Assembly: GCA_039935655.1 (NCBI GenBank) | Contig: JBDTJX010000094.1 | Coordinates: forward strand, 5,975-69,974 | Length of the DNA stretch: 64,000 nt | Source of the DNA: Candidatus Dormibacter sp. | GTDB taxonomy: Bacteria > Chloroflexota > Dormibacteria > Aeolococcales > Aeolococcaceae | Direction: 5' to 3' | Shown: piece after piece, positions 55,906 through 64,000 of the stretch | Position numbering within the stretch: position 1 is the first letter of the stretch | How the letters are laid out: each line of letters begins with the position of its first letter | Made by a program: the position numbers and the translations under genes | The notes under the pieces: generated by a model | What the model was told of the DNA's origin: nothing | What the model saw: the letters and a program-made list of their open reading frames with translations, nothing else | The model's database searches: none

Positions 55906-57690
55906 TCACACAGGGATGAAGTGAGCGCCGAGTGTCACAGCGAGCGTCCGATGTGCGGGCGAGCTGCCCACCAGGCTCGAACGCGATGGGTCGATGTCGT
56001 GCAGCCGGGCGAATGCCAGGGGCAGCCCGGGAAGTGGTGGGCGACACCAGCAGACCGGTGGACCGGCCGGGTGCGGACACAGCGCGCCGTAGACCGGCCC
56101 GGAGACATCGGCAGCAACACGCGCGACACGTTCAGCAAGCGCATCAGTGCCGCCATCGGGCTTCCAATCGAAGACCAGGTGCGGAGCCGCCGGGTCGGCC
56201 TTTGCGAGCGCACGCTGCCATCCGGGCTGCGTCAACGCGGTGGCCGCCATGAAGACACCGCCGCGCGATCGCCGCGGTGCAGGGGTGCGTACGAACGGCA
56301 CACGCTCTGTTGCAGCAAACCCCTCATCCAACGACGGTGGTTCGAGCTCGCGGAGAGCACGCATCTGGGACGTCGGCGACAGCATCGCCGGCTCGCGCGG
56401 GGCAAGGACTCGCAGCTCCTCGGGCGTCGGAAGCAAGTCGAAACGCTCGAGGATGCGCTCGACCACGTTGACCTGCGCCTGCGCGAGCGTGATGTCGAGC
56501 CAGACGCATCGAGTCGCGATCCGATGTTTACTCGCCGCATCGATCACACGGCTCCGCACAGCCCTGGTGAGCCATGTGTTGTCGAGGACGACCCGCCGAG
56601 CGCCGGACTCGAGCTCCCTGTCGAGCGCGTCCGCGATGCCACGGAGTGACCCGCCACGCTCGTCGCGGTTGAGACGCCGGTAGCCACGTGCGACATAGTC
56701 CGCGGCCAGCCGGCTCTTCCCCGCGCCGGGAACGCCCATGACGAGAACAACGTCCGCGTGCTCCTGCGGAGACGCTCGCACGACCTGCACCCGACGAGAG
56801 GGGCCGAACGCGCGAGCAAGAGCTGCTCGGTCGTCGGCACCAAGACGGAGACGCGCAGCGCGGACGGCTGATCGCACTGATTGTGGGCGACGCGCGCCGG
56901 GTATCGGGATCACAACGGGCGAGACGTCGAGAAGCCACGCGAGAGCGATCTCGGTGGGAGTGGCATCGTGGGCGCGAGCAACGTCCGCCAACACCTGGTG
57001 CCGCGCCAGCGCAGGCACCCGGCTTGGCCCGCCAAGCGGAGAGTGGGCGATCACGGCGATTCCGTTCTTCGCGCACCGCTCGACGAGACCGCCTCGGATG
57101 GCGGTGTCGTTGTTGGGGCTCAGGGCCACCTGGACGGCGGCGATGGGGGCGAGCGCGAGCGCCTCGTCGAGCTGGCTGCGACTGACATTGGCGAGCCCCA
57201 CACGGGCAACCAGGCCGTCGTCGACGAGCGTGGCCAGGGCGCGCACCGACGTTCGCCACGGCGTCCGCGGATCGGGGGCATGGATGAGATAGAGGTCGAT
57301 CGGCATGCCGTCCAGCGCAGCCAGGCTCGCTTCGCAATCCCCACGAATCGACTTCGCGCGACCGTCCGGGATCCATCCGCCGACGCTGCGCGTCATGCCT
57401 CCCTTGGTGACGATCCGCGCCGTCCGCTTCATCCCGGAGTGTCGAAGGCCGCGTGCAAGGAGGCACTCGTTGTGTCCCATCTCGTCTGGGCCTCGGCCAT
57501 ATGCGCGCGCCGTGTCGAACACGATCACGCCGGCCTTGAGGGCGGCCGCGATGGTTTCGAGAGCCACCTCCTCGTCGCGGTTTTCGTCCGTCGACAGGCG
57601 CATGCAACCGAGACCGATGCGCAGCTCCGTCTCGTCAAGCCATCCAGGGGGCACGACGCACAGGCTACGTCTCCGGGCGCGACCAGCCAA
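55906..57690 (-). CDS. tri-domain fusion: aldo/keto reductase + P-loop (polynucleotide-kinase/AAA_33-like) kinase + degenerate HAD-phosphatase-like domain
   Basis: The AKR part is GLGCMRLS...FDTARAYG...DLYLIHAPD. The P-loop is VMGVPGAGKS. The C-terminus has CWCRPPLPGL (the GmhB/HisB-N/PNKP-type HAD Cys motif), but the DxDxT nucleophile position reads FMAATAL. Confidence 0.72.
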   Translation of the reverse strand: MAGRARRRSLCVVPPGWLDETELRIGLGCMRLSTDENRDEEVALETIAAALKAGVIVFDTARAYGRGPDEMGHNECLLARGLRHSGMKRTARIVTKGGMTRSVGGWIPDGRAKSIRGDCEASLAALDGMPIDLYLIHAPDPRTPWRTSVRALATLVDDGLVARVGLANVSRSQLDEALALAPIAAVQVALSPNNDTAIRGGLVERCAKNGIAVIAHSPLGGPSRVPALARHQVLADVARAHDATPTEIALAWLLDVSPVVIPIPGARRPQSVRSAVRAARLRLGADDRAALARAFGPSRRVQVVRASPQEHADVVLVMGVPGAGKSRLAADYVARGYRRLNRDERGGSLRGIADALDRELESGARRVVLDNTWLTRAVRSRVIDAASKHRIATRCVWLDITLAQAQVNVVERILERFDLLPTPEELRVLAPREPAMLSPTSQMRALRELEPPSLDEGFAATERVPFVRTPAPRRSRGGVFMAATALTQPGWQRALAKADPAAPHLVFDWKPDGGTDALAERVARVAADVSGPVYGALCPHPAGPPVCWCRPPLPGLPLAFARLHDIDPSRSSLVGSSPAHRTLAVTLGAHFIPV

Positions 57691-57701
57691 CGATGGCGAC
57701 G

Positions 57702-57775
57702 TCGGGGAGACAGGACTCGAACCTGCGACCCCTGGTCCCCCAGACCAGTACTCTAACCACCTGAGCTACTCCCCG
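57702..57775 (-). tRNA. tRNA-Pro (anticodon GGG)
   Basis: The 74-nt cloverleaf was folded by hand. The acceptor is CGGGGAG/CTCCCCG. The D-stem is GCTC/GAGT. The anticodon stem is CTGGT/ACCAG with loop CTGGGGG. The T-arm is GCAGG-TTCGAGT-CCTGT. The discriminator is A, and CCA is not encoded. Confidence 0.9.
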
Positions 57776-57848
57776 AAGAGCGGGCACTGGGTGCCCGGGC
57801 GCGCGCGGTAACTGTAGCGCCCCGCCATCCGCGGGGGCCGGCCGGCGC

Positions 57849-58868
57849 TCAGTCGGCCCTTGGAGCCGGATCGAAACCGCGGAGCTCATCGCCTGCGCCA
57901 CGGGTCATCAGGTCGGTCAGCGCCGCCGCCACGCTCTTGCCCGTGAAGAGGATCGAGTGAACCTCCTGGACGATCGGCATCTCCACGCCATACCGGTCGG
58001 CGAGGAGCAGCGCCGCCCGCGTTGCATTGACCCCCTCAACCACCATCTGGCTGGCAGCGATCGCCTGCTGTGGCGGAGTGCCGTGACCAATTTCCTCCCC
58101 CAGCCCTCGATTGCGTGAATGCGGGCTCATGCACGTCACCACACAATCGCCGAGGCCGGCTAGCCCGGCAAACGTCAGGGCCCGCGCTCCTGCGCGGATG
58201 CCCAGGCGAGCCATCTCTGCGATACCGCGCGTGATCAACGCGGCCTTGCCATTGTCGCCCGCCCCGATCCCATCGCACACGCCGGCGGCGAGGGCAACGA
58301 CGTTCTTCAGCGCGCCGGCGAACTCGACGCCGATCACGTCGTCGCTGCTGTAGAAGCGCAGCGGTCCACCGTTACAGCCATCACGCACCGTCTGCGCAAC
58401 ACCGGCGTCGCGGGTTGCGACGACGGTGGCCGCAGGGAGTCCGCGAGCAATCTCGATGGCGATGTTGGGCCCGCTCAGCGCTGCGATGGATGTGCCGGGC
58501 GCCATCACGTCGGTCAGCACCGCGGTCATGGTCAGCCCCGTCTCCACCTCAAACCCTTTGGCGGCGCTCACCACGATGAGATCGGCCGCCCAGGGTGCGA
58601 CAGCGGTGGCCATCGCGCGCATGCCATGGCTTGGCACCGCGAGGATGGCCAGCTCAGCGCCTGAGAGACACGCATCGATCTGGTCGTCGACGTGCACGTC
58701 GGCGTGCAACTCCACACCGTCGAGGGCCCAGGGATGGTGCCGGGTGGTCCGCAGGGTCGCCGCGACAACGGGGTCGCGGGCCCATAGCCGGACATGGCTT
58801 CCCGCCGACGTCAGGCTCTGGGCCAGGGCGGTTCCCCACGATCCCGCACCGATGACGGCTACCTCCAT
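57849..58868 (-). CDS. gpsA: NAD(P)H-dependent glycerol-3-phosphate dehydrogenase
   Basis: It has VIGAGSWGTALA, GPNIAIEI and GALKNVVALAAG. Its start shares a base with the der stop. Confidence 0.92.
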   Translation of the reverse strand: MEVAVIGAGSWGTALAQSLTSAGSHVRLWARDPVVAATLRTTRHHPWALDGVELHADVHVDDQIDACLSGAELAILAVPSHGMRAMATAVAPWAADLIVVSAAKGFEVETGLTMTAVLTDVMAPGTSIAALSGPNIAIEIARGLPAATVVATRDAGVAQTVRDGCNGGPLRFYSSDDVIGVEFAGALKNVVALAAGVCDGIGAGDNGKAALITRGIAEMARLGIRAGARALTFAGLAGLGDCVVTCMSPHSRNRGLGEEIGHGTPPQQAIAASQMVVEGVNATRAALLLADRYGVEMPIVQEVHSILFTGKSVAAALTDLMTRGAGDELRGFDPAPRAD

Positions 58869-60286
58869 CAGCGGTCGCGCTCGGCCCGCGCCCTCGCCAC
58901 GATGCGCATCCGTGTGCCGGCGAAGCCGAACACAGCGCGGATGCGGTTCTCCAGGTAGCGGGCGTACGCGAAGTGCATGAGGTCGGGATCGTTGACGAAC
59001 AGGACGATGGTCGGCGCCGGCGTGCTCGCCTGCGTCGCGTAGAGCAATTTCAGCTGCCGGCCCTTGTCGTGGCGCGGCGGGTGCGCGAGGAAGGCGTCGC
59101 GCAGCAGCGTGTTGAGCGCGGCGGTGGGGATGCGCACGGCACGGGCCGTGGCAACGGCGGTGGCGGTGTCAAGCACGCGGCGCACGTTGCGACCCTCCAG
59201 CGCTGACACCGTGAGCACGGGGACGCCGGGAATGAAGTCGAACGCCTCCTGCAGCGATTTCAGGAACGAAGGGTCCGCACGCCTCTCCTGGTCGACCAGG
59301 TCCCACTTGTTGGCGATGACCACCAGCCCCTTGCCGGCGTCGACCGCGTAGCCGGCCACGTGCCGATCCTGGGCGACGACACCTTCGTTGGCGTCGACGA
59401 CGAGCAGGGCCACGTCGCTGCGTTCCAGTGCTCGCAACGCGCGGAGCAGGCTGTAATGCTCGACGTTGGTGTCGACGACGCCGCGACGACGGATGCCGGC
59501 GGTGTCGACCAGGCGGACGGTGCGGTCGCCATGGCTGACGATTGTGTCGACGGCGTCACGCGTTGTCCCGGGTAGTGGCGACACCAGGGCGCGCTCCTGG
59601 CCGACCAGCGCGTTCAGGAGCGACGACTTGCCGACGTTGGGCTTGCCGATGATGGCAAGACGGAGCTCGCCGGTCGCCTCCGCCACGCCGTCCTCGTCGG
59701 GGTCTGGGAGCTCGTCAACGATGCGGTCGAGCAGGTCGCCAGTATCAGTGCCGACCAACGCTGAGATCAGGGCCGGTTCACCAAGCCCCAGCCGGTAGAG
59801 CTCGTGGGCGTAGTGCGGGTTGTTCGGGCTCTCCGCCTTGTTGCCGACGAGGATCACCGGTTTGCCGCCGCTTCGCAGGATGTTGGCGACGTCTTCGTCG
59901 AGCGCGGTCACACCGGCTCGAACGTCGACCAGCTGGATGCACACGTCGGCTTCCGCGATGGCCTGGCGAGCCTGCTGCTGAGTGCCGGCGGTCAGCACCG
60001 CCAGCCCGGGGTCATCGCGGACCGACGCCGAATCGAGCCCGGCCGTGTCGACGACGGTGAAGCGGCGGCCGCCCCACTCGGTGACCCCGTACAACCGGTC
60101 GCGGGTCAGGCCGGCCAGCTCATCGACGATGGCCTGGCGTTGGCCGGTGAAGCGATTGAACAGCGTCGACTTGCCGACGTTGGGGCGACCGACGATGGCC
60201 ACGATCCCCGACGGCGGACCGAGATCGCCGTCATGGCTGCGGCGCCGCCGCCGCGGTCTCCCACTCGTCGCCGCGACGCGAGTCAC
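58868..60286 (-). CDS. der: ribosome biogenesis GTPase Der (EngA)
   Basis: It has two tandem GTPase domains (GRPNVGKSTLFN and GKPNVGKSSLLN) and a KH-like C-terminus. The GTG at 60286 overlaps the upstream stop. Confidence 0.93.
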   Translation of the reverse strand: MTRVAATSGRPRRRRRSHDGDLGPPSGIVAIVGRPNVGKSTLFNRFTGQRQAIVDELAGLTRDRLYGVTEWGGRRFTVVDTAGLDSASVRDDPGLAVLTAGTQQQARQAIAEADVCIQLVDVRAGVTALDEDVANILRSGGKPVILVGNKAESPNNPHYAHELYRLGLGEPALISALVGTDTGDLLDRIVDELPDPDEDGVAEATGELRLAIIGKPNVGKSSLLNALVGQERALVSPLPGTTRDAVDTIVSHGDRTVRLVDTAGIRRRGVVDTNVEHYSLLRALRALERSDVALLVVDANEGVVAQDRHVAGYAVDAGKGLVVIANKWDLVDQERRADPSFLKSLQEAFDFIPGVPVLTVSALEGRNVRRVLDTATAVATARAVRIPTAALNTLLRDAFLAHPPRHDKGRQLKLLYATQASTPAPTIVLFVNDPDLMHFAYARYLENRIRAVFGFAGTRMRIVARARAERDR

Positions 60287-60735
60287 GCGGGGGGTCCGTC
60301 ACCCGGCGTGACCACCAGAGGCAACTGGTCGAACGGTCCATCCTCCTCGGTGAGGGTGAACCCGTTGAGGTCACCGGCGCCCGCGGCGGTGGTGTTGACG
60401 ATCACGTACACGTAGTCCAACCAGGCATGGTCGGTGTCGAACTGCGACGGTCGCGCGGGATGGTCGGGGTGGCTGTGCCAGAAGCCAACGATGTCGAGGC
60501 GGCGCGCGCGGGCGTCCCTGTCGGCGCTCACGATGTCGTCGGGGTCGAGCAGGTAGCGGTCGCGAGACCGGTCGGTGTTGAGGTTCGTGCCCGAGGTGGC
60601 ATCAACGACCTCGACGCGCTGTCCCGCGAAGCGCCCGAGCAGCACACCGCACCCTTCGTCCGGATAGGCGGCAGCGGCGAGGTCGCTGATGCGCACGTGG
60701 GCACTGACAGCCAGGTCGATGTCGCCCGACCTCAT
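60283..60735 (-). CDS. JAMM/MPN+ metalloprotease (Mec-like)
   Basis: The ATG at 60735 overlaps the cysM stop (ATGA). It has EGCGVLLG and the JAMM motif HSHPDHPARPSQFD (HxH-x7-S-x2-D). Confidence 0.8.
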   Translation of the reverse strand: MRSGDIDLAVSAHVRISDLAAAAYPDEGCGVLLGRFAGQRVEVVDATSGTNLNTDRSRDRYLLDPDDIVSADRDARARRLDIVGFWHSHPDHPARPSQFDTDHAWLDYVYVIVNTTAAGAGDLNGFTLTEEDGPFDQLPLVVTPGDGPPA

Positions 60736-61700
60736 CGCTCGCGTCTCCCATACAGGCCACTGCTCAGGTATCGACCGCCGCCGTCGGCCAGCACTGTGAC
60801 GATGACGCCACGCTCGATGCGCCGCGCCATCTCCCGAACACCCCACAGCGCGGCCCCGCTCGAATGCCCCACGAGGATGCCCTCGCTCTCCGCGAGCAGC
60901 CGGGCCAGATCGTACGACGGCTCCGTCGGTGCCCAGAGATTCTCGTCAGCGACGTCGGGGTCGTAGATCCCCGGAACGATCGCCGTCGGCAGGTGCTTCA
61001 TGCCTTCGAGGCCGTGCCAGGGATCCTCCGGCTGCACGGAGATGCACACCACGCCGGGACTCTCGTGGCGCAGCCGCCGCGACACTCCGACGAACGTCCC
61101 GCAGGTGCCGAGCCCGGCGACGAAGTGGGTCACCTCGCCGTTGGTCTGTCGCCAGATCTCCGCGCCGGTCCCGTCGTAGTGCGACTTCCAGTTGCCGGGG
61201 TTGTTGTACTGATCGGGCATGAAATATGCCTCGGGTTCGGCCTCGTACATGGCGCGGGCGACATGGATGGCGCCGTCGCTGCCCTCCTGGGCGTCGCTGT
61301 ACACGATCTCCGCGCCGAATGCGGCGATGGTCGTCTTGCGCTCGTCGCTGACATTGGTGGGCATGACCAGCCGGACCCGGTAACCGAGCGCGGCGCCGAT
61401 CATCGCGTACGCGATCCCTGTGTTACCGCTGGTGCTGTCGAGGATGGTGCGTTCGCGGGTCAACGCCCCCGACGCCTCCCCGTCACGGATCATGCGTAAC
61501 GCCGGCCGATCCTTCACCGAGCCGCCCGCGTTCACGAACTCCGCCTTGCCGAACACGGCGACGTCAGGGCACTCGCGCTCAAAGAGATGGATGCGTAGCA
61601 ACGGCGTGTTGCCGATACCGCTGAGGATGGCAGCGTCCCGCGTTGCCGGGACCTCGCGCACCGGTGCCGCCGGACGCGATGTCTCGGTCATGGCTGCCAT
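60732..61700 (-). CDS. cysM: cysteine synthase (CysK/CysM family, PLP-dependent)
   Basis: It has the PLP lysine motif GGSVKDR, SGNTG and the GLGTCGTF loop. Confidence 0.9.
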   Translation of the reverse strand: MAAMTETSRPAAPVREVPATRDAAILSGIGNTPLLRIHLFERECPDVAVFGKAEFVNAGGSVKDRPALRMIRDGEASGALTRERTILDSTSGNTGIAYAMIGAALGYRVRLVMPTNVSDERKTTIAAFGAEIVYSDAQEGSDGAIHVARAMYEAEPEAYFMPDQYNNPGNWKSHYDGTGAEIWRQTNGEVTHFVAGLGTCGTFVGVSRRLRHESPGVVCISVQPEDPWHGLEGMKHLPTAIVPGIYDPDVADENLWAPTEPSYDLARLLAESEGILVGHSSGAALWGVREMARRIERGVIVTVLADGGGRYLSSGLYGRRER

Positions 61701-61738
61701 TATCGGGCGCGGCAGCGAGCGAGGCGCCGCAATCGCTG

Positions 61739-61963
61739 TTACTCGGCCGCGCGTCCCGCACCGAAGCGGAAGCCCGCGGTGCCGCGGCGGGTGTCCTCGA
61801 TGACGGCGATCACGCCGCTCGGGCGAAGGTGAATGACACCCTCCTCGCCGGGCAGCTCGACGAAATCAGGACTGTCGGCGGTGATCTGGATGGCAGCCAC
61901 CGTCTCGGCGACCGACAACTTCACCACGATGTCAGAGCCGCTGGCGAGTCGGAGCACGGCCAT
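61739..61963 (-). CDS. small conserved hypothetical protein (74 aa; possibly DUF3107-like)
   Basis: It has high GC3. The pattern FVELPGEEGVIHLRPSGVIAVIEDTRRGTAGF resembles the C-terminal half of the actinobacterial DUF3107 family, as far as I recall it. It has no C-terminal Gly-Gly. Confidence 0.45.
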   Translation of the reverse strand: MAVLRLASGSDIVVKLSVAETVAAIQITADSPDFVELPGEEGVIHLRPSGVIAVIEDTRRGTAGFRFGAGRAAE

Positions 61964-62022
61964 GGATGCCTCCCGGTGATGAATGGGGTGAGCCCCGGAT
62001 CATGGTACCCGCGGCGGAGTGG

Positions 62023-64000
<1,978 letters not shown>

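Noticed and set aside
57702-57775. tRNA-Pro as the integration site of the recombinase-associated segment.
   Set aside because: The recombinase is about 32 kb away with many housekeeping genes in between. I saw no partial tRNA duplicate.
61739-61963. The 74-aa ORF as the CysO/ThiS sulfur-carrier protein of the cysM-JAMM system.
   Set aside because: It has no C-terminal Gly-Gly and no resemblance to ThiS/MoaD sequence patterns. I keep it only as an open question in the findings.

Overview
This is a very GC-rich bacterial chromosomal segment; third codon positions are almost all G/C, and I did not compute a GC percentage. I call about 70 genes. They are tightly packed, with many 4-nt ATGA/GTGA start/stop overlaps. 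No rRNA, CRISPR array, transposase or prophage structural genes were seen. There is one tRNA, tRNA-Pro(GGG).

(1) 1-21.3 kb is a nucleic-acid maintenance block: UDG4 (partial), rnj, ftsK, a DedA-RDD-HTH fusion, yajQ, pgsA, cinA-C, recA, recX, an MFS transporter, rny, spoVS, miaB, mutS, mutL, miaA and lexA. GAAC-N4-GTTC (Cheo-type) SOS boxes lie upstream of ftsK, recA and lexA, and two lie upstream of a small LysM membrane protein.

(2) 24.6-36.3 kb looks accessory. It holds a tyrosine recombinase, a Cys/His-rich protein paralogous to the one divergent from lexA, ArsR, an MBL hydrolase, an ECF sigma/anti-sigma pair with an ABC exporter, GYD and an F420-type LLM. Five genes here are disrupted by frameshifts, nonsense codons or deletions (SRPBCC, VOC, DinB, quinone oxidoreductase, methyltransferase).

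(3) 36.3-48.1 kb is the most unusual locus. It has three paralogous ~405-aa ATP-grasp ligases, a GCS2 carboxylate-amine ligase coupled to a fourth ATP-grasp-like protein, an S51 (PepE/cyanophycinase)-like protein, two PF00756-type esterases, proC, a SAM methyltransferase and an M50 protease. I read it as an uncharacterised ribosome-independent amide-bond (small peptide, LMW thiol or polymer) assembly and turnover system.

(4) 48-64 kb holds an HDAC-like gene, pyrF, an AKR, a cupin, ubiE/menG divergent from an LLM::MenA-type prenyltransferase fusion, a CPBP protease, an AKR::P-loop kinase::degenerate-HAD fusion and tRNA-Pro. It ends with a long minus-strand operon: eno (partial), a Cys/Met PLP enzyme, a small ORF, cysM, a JAMM (Mec-like) protease, der and gpsA.

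MutS/MutL, SpoVS and RNase Y together with F420-type LLMs and very high GC argue against classical Actinomycetia. They suggest a Chloroflexota, deep Actinomycetota or related lineage; this is inference only.

All functional calls come from by-eye motif and family recognition on the supplied translations. No database search was run.
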